This document shows positions 16,949 to 26,761 of a stretch of 64,000 bases of DNA, in pieces. The notes beneath the pieces were generated by a model. The model was not told where the DNA came from, did not search any database, and saw only the letters and a list, made by a program, of their open reading frames with translations. The DNA is from a bacterium (GTDB lineage: Bacteria > Chloroflexota > Dormibacteria > Aeolococcales > Bog-877), in assembly GCA_021791415.1 (NCBI GenBank), contig JAJYWQ010000044.1, positions 12,401 to 76,400 of the forward strand. Direction: 5' to 3'. Position 1 is the stretch's first letter. Each line of letters starts with the position of its first letter. The position numbers and the translations under genes are program-made.

Positions 16949-19096
16949 GTGCCTGATCCCCTGCCCGCCGCCGTCCGCCCTGAGGTCGGGCGCGAGATCC
17001 CGGCCGATCCCTTGGTGGATCCGGCCAACTACATCAACCGGGAGCTGAGCTGGCTGGACTTCGACTTCCGGGTCCTGGCCGAGGCCCGCGACCCCCGCGT
17101 CCCGCTGCTGGAGCGCCTGCGCTTCCTGGCCATCACCGCGAACAACCTCGACGAGTTCTACATGATCAGGGTGGCGTCCCTCTTGCGCCAGGTCGGTGAG
17201 CCCCTCCAGGCGACCCACCCTGACCGGATGACGCCCAAGGAGCAGCTGGCAGCGATCCGGCGGCGGAGCTCGGAGCTGGCCGCGGCCCAGCTTCACTGCC
17301 TCAGCACGGAGGTGGCCCCGGCGCTGGCCGAGCAGGGGGTCCGGCTCATCCTGGGCGAGGAGCCGCTCTCCGCCGAGGAGCAAGCGGAGTGCTCGCGCTT
17401 CTTCGAGCGCCAGCTCTATCCCCTGCTCACGCCTCTGGCCATCGACCCCGCCCACCCCTTTCCCTATCTCAGCAACCTCTCCCTCTCGATCGGGGTGGTG
17501 CTCGACGACCCTGAAGACCCAGGCGCCCGCGTGGCCCGGGTCAAGGTGCCGTCCGCGGTGCCCCGCTTCCTCCGGGCCGGGCCCCAGGGTCCGTTCGTGC
17601 CCGTGGAGCGGATCATCGCCGAGCGGCTGGACCGCCTCTTCCCGGGAATGCGGATCGTAGCCCGCGGCTACTTCCGGGTCACCCGCGACGCCGACTTCGA
17701 CGTGGACGAGGACGAACCCAACCTGCTCTCAGCCATAGAGGAGGAGCTTCGGGAACGGCGCTTCGGAGCGATCGTCCGGGTGGAGGCCGGGCCACGCCTG
17801 CCTGACGCGGTCGCCGCCATGCTCGAGGCCGAGCTGGGCATCGACGCCGGTGAGATCCAGGCGGTGGACGGGATCCTGGACCTGACAGGGCTGGCCCAGG
17901 TGATCGAGGCGGTCGACCGCCCCGACCTGGCCTACCACGCCTTCAGCGGCACCACCCCTCCCCGGCTGCTCAGCGTCCAGGACCAGGAGCCGGACTTCTT
18001 CGCCGTCCTCCGCGCCGGGGATGTGCTGGTCCAGCACCCCTACGACTCCTTCGCCGCCACCACCGAGCGGTTCATCGAGCAGGCTGCCCGCGACCCCCGG
18101 GTCCTGGCCATCAAGCAAACCCTCTACCGGACCTCTGGGGACACACCCCTAATCGGCGCTCTCACCCAGGCGGCGGAGGACGGCAAGCAGGTGGTGGTGC
18201 TGGTCGAAATCAAGGCCCGGTTCGACGAGCAGAACAACATCCGTTGGGCGCGGCAGCTGGAGCAGGTGGGGGCCCACGTGGCCTACGGCGTCCCCGGCCT
18301 CAAGACGCACGCCAAGCTGGTGCTCGTGGTCCGCCAGGAGGAGGGTACGGTTCGCCAATACGCCCACATCGGGACCGGGAACTACAACGCGGTAACGGCC
18401 CGGGTCTACACCGACTTCGGCCTTCTCACCGCGCGTCGGGAGATCACCGAGGAGGTGGCTGACCTCTTCAACTACCTGACCGGTTACTCCCGCAAGCACG
18501 ACTACCGCCACCTCTGGGTGGCCCCGATCAACGTGGTGGAGCGCTTCGAGGCGCTGCTGGACAGGGAGCTGGAGCATCTCCGGGCGGGCCGGCCGGCTGG
18601 AGTGCTGGGGAAGGTGAACGGGCTAACCGATGAGCGGGCGATCTCGGCGATCTACCACGCCTCGGCCCAGGGTCTCCCCATCCGCCTTCTGGTGCGGGGA
18701 ATCTGCGCGCTGCGCCCGGGCATCCCAGGGGTCAGCGAGACGGTCACGGTGCACAGCGTCATCGGGCGTTTCCTGGAGCACGGCCGCGCCTTCGCCTTCG
18801 AGAACGGCGGCTCCCCCGAGGTCTTCATGGGTTCTGCCGATCTCATGGGCCGCAACCTCTACCGGCGCGTCGAATGCATAGTCCCCCTCCTGGACCCGTC
18901 CTGCCGGAGGGAGGTGCAGGAGGTTCTGGAGCTCACCTGGGCCGACCACCGCCAATCCTGGAAGCTCGAGTCCTCGGCCGCCTGGAGGCGGCTCGACGCG
19001 GCCGGTGACGCCCCGGGGATCCAGGAGCTCTTGATAGAGAGAGCCAGGTCCAGGGCGCCGCGCTGGGTGGGTTCCGGGGAGGCCAGCGATGGGTAG
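16949..19096 (+). CDS. ppk: Polyphosphate kinase 1
   Basis: NRELSWLDFDFRVLAEA...NNLDEFYMIRVA and the C-terminal PLD-like region. Possible later start at GTG about 17015. Confidence 0.85.
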   Translation: MPDPLPAAVRPEVGREIPADPLVDPANYINRELSWLDFDFRVLAEARDPRVPLLERLRFLAITANNLDEFYMIRVASLLRQVGEPLQATHPDRMTPKEQLAAIRRRSSELAAAQLHCLSTEVAPALAEQGVRLILGEEPLSAEEQAECSRFFERQLYPLLTPLAIDPAHPFPYLSNLSLSIGVVLDDPEDPGARVARVKVPSAVPRFLRAGPQGPFVPVERIIAERLDRLFPGMRIVARGYFRVTRDADFDVDEDEPNLLSAIEEELRERRFGAIVRVEAGPRLPDAVAAMLEAELGIDAGEIQAVDGILDLTGLAQVIEAVDRPDLAYHAFSGTTPPRLLSVQDQEPDFFAVLRAGDVLVQHPYDSFAATTERFIEQAARDPRVLAIKQTLYRTSGDTPLIGALTQAAEDGKQVVVLVEIKARFDEQNNIRWARQLEQVGAHVAYGVPGLKTHAKLVLVVRQEEGTVRQYAHIGTGNYNAVTARVYTDFGLLTARREITEEVADLFNYLTGYSRKHDYRHLWVAPINVVERFEALLDRELEHLRAGRPAGVLGKVNGLTDERAISAIYHASAQGLPIRLLVRGICALRPGIPGVSETVTVHSVIGRFLEHGRAFAFENGGSPEVFMGSADLMGRNLYRRVECIVPLLDPSCRREVQEVLELTWADHRQSWKLESSAAWRRLDAAGDAPGIQELLIERARSRAPRWVGSGEASDG

Positions 19097-19499
19097 GCCC
19101 GACGCTCTGGCCTTCATCTCGACCAACCACCGGGCGGTCCTGGCCACCTACCGACGGGACGGCTCGGCCCAGCTGTCCCCCGTGGTGGCGGGGGTGGACG
19201 GGAAAGGCAGGGTAGTGGTGAGCAGCCGTGAGGGAGCGGTGAAGACCCAGAACGTGCGCCGCGATCCCCGGGTGGCGCTCACCGCCTTCACCGACCGCTT
19301 CTTCGGACCCTGGGTGGTGGTGTGGGGCTCGGCCGAGGTGGTGTCCCTTCCGGCAGCCTTGCCCCTCCTGGAGGCGTACTACCGAGTGGTGGTGGGCGAG
19401 CACCCGGACTGGGATGAATACAGAGCCGCCATGGCCGCGGAGCGCCGGGTCCTGCTGCGGATCACGGTGGAGCGGTCGGGCCCGGAGCGCTCCGGCTGA
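19089..19499 (+). CDS. PPOX-class (pyridoxamine 5'-phosphate oxidase-like, probably F420-dependent) protein
   Basis: ALAFISTNHRAVLATYRRDGSAQLSPVV...RVVVSSREGAVKTQNVRRDPRVAL. 8 nt overlap with ppk. Confidence 0.6.
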   Translation: MGRPDALAFISTNHRAVLATYRRDGSAQLSPVVAGVDGKGRVVVSSREGAVKTQNVRRDPRVALTAFTDRFFGPWVVVWGSAEVVSLPAALPLLEAYYRVVVGEHPDWDEYRAAMAAERRVLLRITVERSGPERSG

Positions 19500-19540
19500 C
19501 CGCCCTGCCCGCGGAGCGGCTCCCTACCGCCCTAGCCAAG

Positions 19541-20206
19541 GTGGGAGAGTTCGCCGCCGCCAGAGTGACGCCTGGGATGCGCCTCGGGCTGGGCACGGGG
19601 CGCACCGCCTCGGCGTTCCTGGACGCGCTGGAGCCGCGGGTCCGCCAGGGGCTCGTGGTGTCGGCGGTCTGCACATCTCAGGCCACCGAGCGGCGCGCCC
19701 GTTCGATGGGCATCACCATCCTTCCGGACACCGGTGAAGGGCTGGACCTGGATGTCGACGGTGCCGACGAGGTCACCCGGGAGCTGGACTTGATCAAGGG
19801 GGCGGGCGGTGCCATGGTCCGCGAGAAGATCGTCGCCGAGCGGAGCCGGCGCTTCTGGGTTGTCGCCGATGCGACCAAGAGGGTGGGACGGCTGGGCGAG
19901 CGGGCGGCGCTGCCGATCGAGGTGCTGACCTTCGACTGGGCGGGGACCCAGCGCCGGATCGAGGGCATCTGCCAGCTCAGGACCAGGCTGCGGGGCGGCC
20001 AGGAGCCCTTCATCTCCGACAACGGCAACCTGGTCCTGGATGCGGACCTCGCAGGCTGCTCTGAGCCGTGGCGCGAACTTGCCCAGCGGCTGGCCGAGGT
20101 GCCAGGAGTGGTGGGGCACGGCCTCTTTCTTGGCCTGGCGACGGCGGCCGTCATCTCGGACGGCCTGCGGGTGGAGGTGCTGGGGGACCTGGAGGACTCC
20201 CGCTGA
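19541..20206 (+). CDS. rpiA: Ribose-5-phosphate isomerase A
   Basis: GLGTGRTASAF...LDVDGADEV...IKGAGGAMVREKIVA...DNGNLVLD. Confidence 0.75.
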   Translation: MGEFAAARVTPGMRLGLGTGRTASAFLDALEPRVRQGLVVSAVCTSQATERRARSMGITILPDTGEGLDLDVDGADEVTRELDLIKGAGGAMVREKIVAERSRRFWVVADATKRVGRLGERAALPIEVLTFDWAGTQRRIEGICQLRTRLRGGQEPFISDNGNLVLDADLAGCSEPWRELAQRLAEVPGVVGHGLFLGLATAAVISDGLRVEVLGDLEDSR

Positions 20207-20208
20207 AG

Positions 20209-20697
20209 TCAACGACGGCGGTTGAGGCCGAGAATCAGGGCCAGGGGAATCACCACCCCCAGGAAACCGGTCACCACGGCGATCCCGTTGGGGAGCTGCT
20301 TGGGGTTGGCCATCCCGACATAGGAGAAGAGGGCCGAGAGTACGGCCACCGCCAAGATGATCACGATGGCCGCCACCAGCACCCAGGTTTCGTTCTCCTG
20401 GCGGCTGACCACGAAGTCGGGCCAGCGATTGCGCACATACCGATAGACGCTGAGACCGGTGAGGCTGTTGAGGATGAGGGCACTGACCAAAGCGCTCACC
20501 GCCACTCCCCAGCGAAAGGCGCCCAGCTGGGAGATGACCCAGGCCGAGAAGTTGACCACCAGCAGCCCCACCGGGGTGGCCAGCCCGATGACGGGCAGGA
20601 TGCAGGAGCGCCAGTCCTGAGGCAGAGGGATGTAGATCCCGTTCTGGGCTGGCCACCGCCCGTGGCGACCCCTCCCCTCTGGATCGCCTTCAGGCAT
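20209..20697 (-). CDS. Hypothetical 4-TM membrane protein
   Basis: Only the C-terminal 162 aa of track ORF 20209..21186 is hydrophobic and protein-like. Its ATG has GGAGGAG upstream. Confidence 0.45.
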   Translation of the reverse strand: MPEGDPEGRGRHGRWPAQNGIYIPLPQDWRSCILPVIGLATPVGLLVVNFSAWVISQLGAFRWGVAVSALVSALILNSLTGLSVYRYVRNRWPDFVVSRQENETWVLVAAIVIILAVAVLSALFSYVGMANPKQLPNGIAVVTGFLGVVIPLALILGLNRRR

Positions 20698-20788
20698 CTC
20701 GCTCCTCCAATCCGCCCCTGGCGGGAGCCGAACTTGGCCGCCATTGTGGGGCAACAGTTGGGCCCCGCCGCATGATCGCAGCCGCGCC

Positions 20789-21970
20789 GTGAATCTGGTC
20801 GACCTGGTCATCGTCCTGGCCCTGGCCATCACCGGGGTCGCTGGGTACCGGCGTGGGCTCACCTTCTCGGTCCTGTCGATGGCCGGGCTTCTGGGCGGGC
20901 TCCTTCTCGGCTCCTGGCTGGCCACCCTGCTGCCGGCACGACTGCACGGATTCTCCAGCGCTGAGCGCACGGCGCTGGCCATCGCCGTGGTCTTGGCCGT
21001 CGGCTTCCTGGGCAACGCCCTGGGCGGTCTCCTGGGGGCAAGGTTGCGCCTCACGGCCCTCCGGAGCCGGATCGGTGGGGGCCTGGACTCGCTGGCCGGG
21101 CTGGCCTGGAGCCTGATAGTCACCCTGGCGGTGAGCTGGTACCTGGGCCTGATCTTCGCCGCCGGGCCAATACCACAGCTCTCCAATCAGATTCAGGGCT
21201 CCTCAATCCTCCGTGCCCTGGCGCGGACCCTCCCCGCCGGACCGGCCTGGATGGGAGACCTTCAGCACCTTCTCAGCGCCGTACCGTTCCCTGAGGTCTT
21301 CGCCACCCTGGTGCCGCCCCTGCCCGGGCCGGTGGCGATCCCCCAGGACCTGGCCTCCCACCCTCAGGTGGACCAGGTCGCCGCGGAGACCGTGAAGGTG
21401 ATCACCAGCGGTTGTGGTGGCCTCATCGAAGGGAGCGGCTTCCCCGTCGGTCCCCAGGTCGTGGTGACCAACGCCCATGTGGTCGCGGGCGGCCAGTCGG
21501 TCCAGGTCCAGGTGCCCGGCTCCGCGGCGACTCTGGCTGCAGAGGTGGTGTACTTCAATCCCCAGGTCGACCTGGCCCTGCTGCGGGTCCCCGCGCTGCG
21601 CCTGCCCCCGCTCGCCTTCAGCGAGACCTCTCCACGGGGGACCGAGGGCGCGGTCATCGGATACCCCGAAGGAGGACCGGAGCAGGTGGTGGGTGGGGCG
21701 GTCCGGGGCACGGTCGAGGCCGTGGGCCGCGACATCTACTCCCAGGGGCTGGTCACGAGGCAGATCCTGGTCCTGCAGGCGGACGTCATCCCCGGCAACT
21801 CCGGTGGGCCCTTCGTCAACCTCTCCGGGCAGGTGCTGGGGATCGTGTTCGCCAAGTCGCTGGTGACCACCAACGAGGGGTACGCTCTCAGCGCGGCCGA
21901 GGTGCTGCCCGAGATCTCCCATAACCTGGCCGACACCACGCGTGCCGGGACCGGGGCCTGCGTCTCCTGA
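20789..21970 (+). CDS. MarP-like membrane-anchored serine protease (CvpA-family TM domain plus trypsin-like S1C domain)
   Basis: N-terminal 4 TM (LVDLVIVLALAITGVAGYRRG). C-terminal VVTNAHVV...DLALLRV...GNSGGP catalytic triad context. Confidence 0.7.
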   Translation: MNLVDLVIVLALAITGVAGYRRGLTFSVLSMAGLLGGLLLGSWLATLLPARLHGFSSAERTALAIAVVLAVGFLGNALGGLLGARLRLTALRSRIGGGLDSLAGLAWSLIVTLAVSWYLGLIFAAGPIPQLSNQIQGSSILRALARTLPAGPAWMGDLQHLLSAVPFPEVFATLVPPLPGPVAIPQDLASHPQVDQVAAETVKVITSGCGGLIEGSGFPVGPQVVVTNAHVVAGGQSVQVQVPGSAATLAAEVVYFNPQVDLALLRVPALRLPPLAFSETSPRGTEGAVIGYPEGGPEQVVGGAVRGTVEAVGRDIYSQGLVTRQILVLQADVIPGNSGGPFVNLSGQVLGIVFAKSLVTTNEGYALSAAEVLPEISHNLADTTRAGTGACVS

Positions 21971-22006
21971 GTTTACTTAGGCGCCCTAATTAGGTAGACT
22001 AACTAT
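21971..22006 (+). promoter_or_regulatory. Sigma-70-like promoter (TTTACT-17-TAGACT) with embedded palindrome CTAATTAG. Probable leaderless start for the MarR gene.
   Basis: gTTTACTtaggcgccctaattaggTAGACTaactatGTG. AT-rich. GTG start lies 6-7 nt after the -10. Confidence 0.35.
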
Positions 22007-22468
22007 GTGAGCGCGCTGGCGGCCCGCGACCGGGGAATCGAGGCGGTGGGAGCAGAGCTGGGAGAGAGGCTCCCGGGGATTGCCAGCCGGCTGTCCAAGG
22101 GTTTGCGCCAGGCGCACGACCCAATAGGTCTCAGACCGGGCGAGTTCCCCGTCCTGTCGTTCCTCCTGAGGCGCCCTGGCGCGACTGTCTCCGAGCTGGC
22201 CCAGGCCGAAGGGGTTCGCACCCCGTCCATGACGGCCATCCTTGCCCAGATGGAGGCGGGGGGCCTGATCTCCAAGGCGGGAGACAGATCTGACCGCCGC
22301 TGCGTGCGAGTGGGGCTCACGGCCCGGGGCGACGAGCTGGCCAGGGCCGCCGTTGCGGCCCGGAAGGCGTGGTTTGAGGCCAGGCTCGCCCGCCTCTCCA
22401 GGGCGCAGATCGTGGCCCTCGACAGGGCGATGGAGGCACTGGAGCGGCTCACCGAGGTGGAGCCTTGA
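22007..22468 (+). CDS. MarR-family transcriptional regulator
   Basis: Winged-helix region GEFPVLSFLLRRPGATVSELAQAEGVRTPSMTAILAQMEAGGLISK...DRRCVRVGLT. Confidence 0.75.
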   Translation: MSALAARDRGIEAVGAELGERLPGIASRLSKGLRQAHDPIGLRPGEFPVLSFLLRRPGATVSELAQAEGVRTPSMTAILAQMEAGGLISKAGDRSDRRCVRVGLTARGDELARAAVAARKAWFEARLARLSRAQIVALDRAMEALERLTEVEP

Positions 22469-23754
22469 TCCGTGCCCCTCGGGCCATCACCCAGCGCACC
22501 TTCCAGGCGCTTTCGACGCGCAACTACCGGCTGTTCTTCGGGGGGCAACTGGTCTCGGTGACGGGCAGTTGGCTGCAGTCCACAGCCCAGGCCTGGTTGA
22601 TCCTGCAGCTCACCCACTCAGCGTTCATGCTCGGGCTCCTGGTCATGGTCCAGTTCCTGCCCAATCTGCTCCTCCAGCCGTTGGGGGGGGTGATCGCCGA
22701 CCGCTTCCCCAAGCGTCGGATGCTGATCGGCACCCAGAGTTCGTTCGCTGTGGTGGCTGGGGCCCTGGGGATCCTGGTGGGGCTGCATCAGGTGCAGACG
22801 TGGGAGGTGTTCCTGGTGGTGACGGCTTTCGGGCTCATCAACGTGGTGGACGGGCCGACCCGGCAGGCGTTCGTCCCCGAGATGGTCGGCAGCGACCAGC
22901 TCCCCAACGCAGTCGCCCTCAACTCCACGGTGTTCAACGGGGCCCGCGTGGTGGGCCCTGCCCTGGGGGGGATCCTCATAGCCACCGTGGGAACGGCCCT
23001 CTGCTTCGACCTCAACGCCATCTCGTATCTGGCGGTGATCGGAGCCCTCTGGCTGATGCGGCCCCAGGACCTGCACCTGAGCCGAAGGCCCCGGTCAACC
23101 GAGAATGCCCTGGCCCAGATCCGAGAAGGCGCCGCGTACGCCCGGCGCACTCCGGAGGTGCTCATGGTGATCCTCCTCATGCTGGTTGTCGGGACCTTCT
23201 CCTACAACCTCTCCGTGATGGTCCCGGCGCTCGCCCGCAATGGCCTCCACGTAGGCGCCACCGGTTTCGGCCTGCTCTCCGCATCCCTGGGCGTGGGGGC
23301 CCTCCTCGGAGCTCTGGGGGTCGCCTATGCGGGCCGCGCGGCGGTCCCCGCGCTGCTGGTCGGCTGTGCCGTGTTCGGGATCTTCCTCGCCGGCGCGGGG
23401 CAGATGGACAGCATCGTTCCGGCCATGGCCCTGCTGGCGGTCGCCGGGGCGGGGATGATCGTCTACTCGGCGATGTCCAACAGCATCATCCAGCTGCACA
23501 CCCCGGCCCACCTGCGCGGCCGAGTGATGGCGCTGTACCTCTGGGTCTTCCTGGGCACGACCCCCTTCGGCAGCCCTCTCGCGGGCTGGGTGGAGCAGAA
23601 CTTCGGCAGCCGGACCACCCTGGCGGTGGCGGGCTTGGTGGCGCTTCTGACCGCCGCCGTCGGCGCGGCCCTCTGGGCCCGGCGCCGGCCACGGGGAGAC
23701 TACTCCTCCTCGGCGGGGTCTCCGGGCAAGCTGGTGGACGTCCCCACGGCGTGA
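22465..23754 (+). CDS. MFS transporter (EntS/efflux-like)
   Basis: 12 predicted TM helices. MFS motif GGVIADRFPKRRML. 4 nt overlap with marR. Confidence 0.75.
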   Translation: MIRAPRAITQRTFQALSTRNYRLFFGGQLVSVTGSWLQSTAQAWLILQLTHSAFMLGLLVMVQFLPNLLLQPLGGVIADRFPKRRMLIGTQSSFAVVAGALGILVGLHQVQTWEVFLVVTAFGLINVVDGPTRQAFVPEMVGSDQLPNAVALNSTVFNGARVVGPALGGILIATVGTALCFDLNAISYLAVIGALWLMRPQDLHLSRRPRSTENALAQIREGAAYARRTPEVLMVILLMLVVGTFSYNLSVMVPALARNGLHVGATGFGLLSASLGVGALLGALGVAYAGRAAVPALLVGCAVFGIFLAGAGQMDSIVPAMALLAVAGAGMIVYSAMSNSIIQLHTPAHLRGRVMALYLWVFLGTTPFGSPLAGWVEQNFGSRTTLAVAGLVALLTAAVGAALWARRRPRGDYSSSAGSPGKLVDVPTA

Positions 23755-24503
23755 TATCCGCCGTCCACGTGGACGATCTCGCCAGTGGTGGCGGGGAAGT
23801 AGTCGGAGAGCAGGGCGACCACGGCCTTGCCCACTGGGCCGGTATCCCGGGCGTCCCACCCAAGTGGGGCCTGCCGCTCGAAGGCCCTGGGAAACTCGGA
23901 GAAGCCCGGGATACCCTTGGCGGCCACCGTGAAGGTGGGGCCGGCGGAAACCGCGTTGACGCGGACCCGGCGGGGCCCCAGGTACTGGGCCAGGTAGCGG
24001 ACCACTGCCTCCAGAGCGGCCTTGGAGACCCCCATCCAGTCATACCCCGGCCACGCCTGGGAGGCGTCAAAGTCCAGCGTCACGACCGAGGCGCCGCTGG
24101 GATTGAGCAGCGGCAAGAGGGAGACCACCAGCTGGCGGAGGGAGTAAGCCGAGATGCGCAGCGCGGTGGCGGCCGACTCCCAAGGGGTGTCGAGGAAGGC
24201 CCCACCCAGCGCGTCCGTGGGAGCGAACGCCACCCCATGGACGATCCCGTCCAGCTGCCACCTCCGCCGCGCCAGCTCGCCGGCGAGCCTCTCGAAGTCC
24301 GCGTCCAGGGAGACGTCCAGCTCCAAGACTTCCGGCACCGGGTCCAGGCGCTGGGCGCTGCGCTCGGTGAGCCGCATGGGCCTGCCGAAGGATGTGAGGA
24401 CAACCTCGGCACCGTCCTCCTGAGCCTGCCTGGCGACGGCGAAAGGCAGGGAGGCGGGGGTGAGGACCCCGGTGACCAGGATCCGCTTACCTTGGAGCAG
24501 CAT
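23700..24503 (-). CDS. fabI: NADH-dependent enoyl-[acyl-carrier-protein] reductase (FabI/InhA type)
   Basis: MLLQGKRILVTGVLTPASLPFAVA...YDWMGVSKAALEA (Tyr/Lys). Start at the internal Met of the track ORF. Confidence 0.8.
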   Translation of the reverse strand: MLLQGKRILVTGVLTPASLPFAVARQAQEDGAEVVLTSFGRPMRLTERSAQRLDPVPEVLELDVSLDADFERLAGELARRRWQLDGIVHGVAFAPTDALGGAFLDTPWESAATALRISAYSLRQLVVSLLPLLNPSGASVVTLDFDASQAWPGYDWMGVSKAALEAVVRYLAQYLGPRRVRVNAVSAGPTFTVAAKGIPGFSEFPRAFERQAPLGWDARDTGPVGKAVVALLSDYFPATTGEIVHVDGGYHAVGTSTSLPGDPAEEE

Positions 24504-24579
24504 CGCGCCGTAGGTTAGCGGCTTGGGGGCGGAGTTGGCTGGACGGGCTGGCCGTCGGCGTCGGCTACAATCCCGGCAC

Positions 24580-25617
24580 ATGGCCGCCGGGACCAGGCCT
24601 AGGCGCCGCCGCGCCGGGCTCTCGACCCACAGATCGTCCTTCTCATGGGGCCGGCACCCAGCCCTGCTGGCGTTCCTCCTCCTTGTCGGCTTCGGTGTGT
24701 CCGGGGTGAGCGGGGTGGTCGCCTATTTCCTGCCTGCGGTCACCACGGCTCTGCACGTCACGGGCCAGAAGACGACCGGAAACGGGGGCAAGGCGACCCA
24801 CCCGGGCGCCACCGTCACCCCTCCCCCGCCGGGCCAGCCGTTCACGGTGCTCCTTCTGGGTTCCGACAACGACACCAAGTTCTCACCCAGCAGCGTGCTG
24901 ACCCAGACCATGATCCTGGTGCGGGTGGACCCCGCCACCCACCACGCGGTCATGCTCTCCATCCCCAGGGACCTCTGGGTGCCCCTCTCCACCGGCGGCA
25001 GCGCCAAGATCGACGCGGCCTACGCCTATGGGGGGGCGGCGGCGGCGATCCAGACGGTGGAGAACAACTTCAACGTCACCGTCAACTATTGGGCGTGGAT
25101 CGGCCTCGGGGGGCTGGTGGGGCTGGTGAATCAACTGGGAGGGGTGGACGTCCTCGCCCAGATGCCCATCCTGGACGTCCAGTATCCCTACGACCTCACC
25201 GGCAGCAACCCGTACGCCAACCAGCGGATCGCCATCCTCCCGGGCCCCCAGCGGCTCGACGGGGTGAACGCCCTAACCTACGTCCGCTCCCGCCACGGTG
25301 ACATCCTGGAGGACATAGCCCGGGGCCAGAAGCAGCAGCAGCTGCTGGTGGACATCAAGGACGCCGCCAAGCTGATGAGCCTCGCCGACATCCCCCGGAT
25401 CGCCAGCAGCCTGGCCGGTGAGGTGCGCACCAACCTGAGCCTCACCCAGATCAGCTCGGTGGCGGCGCTGGCCCACGACTTCAGCAACGGGGACGTCACC
25501 CAGATCGTGATGCTGGGGACCGACTACCGCGGCGCGAACATCAACGGGCAGTCCGCTCTGGTCCCCAAGTGGCCAGCGATCAACTCCCTGATCGCCCAGA
25601 ACTTCCCCCCGGGATGA
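24580..25617 (+). CDS. LytR-CpsA-Psr (LCP) family cell-wall polymer transferase
   Basis: N-terminal TM, then VLLLGSDND...MILVRVDP...SIPRDLWVPL...DAAYAYGG. Divergent from fabI. Confidence 0.75.
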   Translation: MAAGTRPRRRRAGLSTHRSSFSWGRHPALLAFLLLVGFGVSGVSGVVAYFLPAVTTALHVTGQKTTGNGGKATHPGATVTPPPPGQPFTVLLLGSDNDTKFSPSSVLTQTMILVRVDPATHHAVMLSIPRDLWVPLSTGGSAKIDAAYAYGGAAAAIQTVENNFNVTVNYWAWIGLGGLVGLVNQLGGVDVLAQMPILDVQYPYDLTGSNPYANQRIAILPGPQRLDGVNALTYVRSRHGDILEDIARGQKQQQLLVDIKDAAKLMSLADIPRIASSLAGEVRTNLSLTQISSVAALAHDFSNGDVTQIVMLGTDYRGANINGQSALVPKWPAINSLIAQNFPPG

Positions 25618-26642
25618 GTTCGCGACAGCTCCTGGCCAGCCTCGCCACGGTCGCCCTCATGGCGCTCTTCGGGTACGGCGTTTGGGCGGTTCTGGGAACC
25701 CTGCAAAGCCGGGCGAATCACGTTGTCGACCCGGTCCAGTCCCAAGCCCTGCTGGCCCTCCCGGGGACCATCTACCTCGCCCAGGGAGGCTCGCTGTACA
25801 GCCTCCAGGGGCTGCACTTCACCAGGCTCAGCACCCCGCCAGGCGACTGGGTGCAGGTGGCTCCCGCCACCGGTGGGGACCTGCTGGCGGTGGACAAGGG
25901 CAACGGCTACAGCAACCTCTACCTCCTCAGCCCGGGGGGCCAGGTCATCCGCACCCTGCTCCAGGAGAGCTCCCCCAAATACTTCGACAACCACTTCGTC
26001 TACTACCCCCGGGTGAGCCCCAATGGGCAGAGCCTCTTCTACGCCTGGAACTGGATCGATCCGTACGCCAACTACAACGTCGACTTCGAGATCCTCTCGG
26101 CTCCGCTCTCCAATCCAGGGTCAGGTCCCACGGTTTGGAGCCTCTCCAACCTCTACTACCAGGGAGGGGACGTGGAGCCACTGCCCCTGGCCAACGGGTC
26201 TCTCATCTACGTCAAGTACGCCACCGACACCAGCACCGGTGCCGTCTACTCCCAGCTGGCGTACGTCACCTCGCCAGGAGCGGAGCCCCAGTTCCTCACC
26301 ACCCCGGCGCAGAACTGCAGTGAGCCCGCCCTCAACCCCCAGGGCACCGAGATCGCCATGATCTGTTCCAACAATCAACTCCAGACCTCAACCCTCGACG
26401 TCGCCAGCTGGAACGGCAGCACACTCGGGCCTCTGGCGGAGCTCTCCACCGGCCCCATGGCGGCGATGCCCACATGGTCACCGAACGGACAGAGCCTAGT
26501 CTTCATGAACGTCCCGCAGCGGGCGCTACCCTTCCAGCTCTACTGGGTACCGAAGGCAGGCAGCGCCAAGCCCGGGGCCCCTCAGCAGGTGACCCAGGAT
26601 CTGTCCCTGACGGCGACTTCGGCCCCCGTGTGGTATTCCTGA
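25614..26642 (+). CDS. Membrane-anchored beta-propeller (TolB/WD40-like) protein
   Basis: N-terminal TM. Repeated SPDG/SPNGQS-like blade motifs. ATGA overlap with the LCP gene. Confidence 0.5.
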   Translation: MSSRQLLASLATVALMALFGYGVWAVLGTLQSRANHVVDPVQSQALLALPGTIYLAQGGSLYSLQGLHFTRLSTPPGDWVQVAPATGGDLLAVDKGNGYSNLYLLSPGGQVIRTLLQESSPKYFDNHFVYYPRVSPNGQSLFYAWNWIDPYANYNVDFEILSAPLSNPGSGPTVWSLSNLYYQGGDVEPLPLANGSLIYVKYATDTSTGAVYSQLAYVTSPGAEPQFLTTPAQNCSEPALNPQGTEIAMICSNNQLQTSTLDVASWNGSTLGPLAELSTGPMAAMPTWSPNGQSLVFMNVPQRALPFQLYWVPKAGSAKPGAPQQVTQDLSLTATSAPVWYS

Positions 26643-26761
26643 CAGCGGAGCGGCTCTGAGCTAGTCAAGGCGCTGCCGGGGCTACGGCCTCTGCTCTGGT
26701 TGCGAAGAACGGACCACCGGCTGGCCCTCGGCGATGCATAGAGCGAGCCCACCCTCTGCGG

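Noticed and set aside
19532-20656. 374 aa minus-strand ORF across rpiA
   Set aside because: Antisense artefact. The plus strand gives a clean RpiA alignment.
22353-24518. 721 aa plus-strand ORF
   Set aside because: Spans three real genes (MFS, fabI antisense) in a wrong frame. Gly/Arg/Pro-rich.
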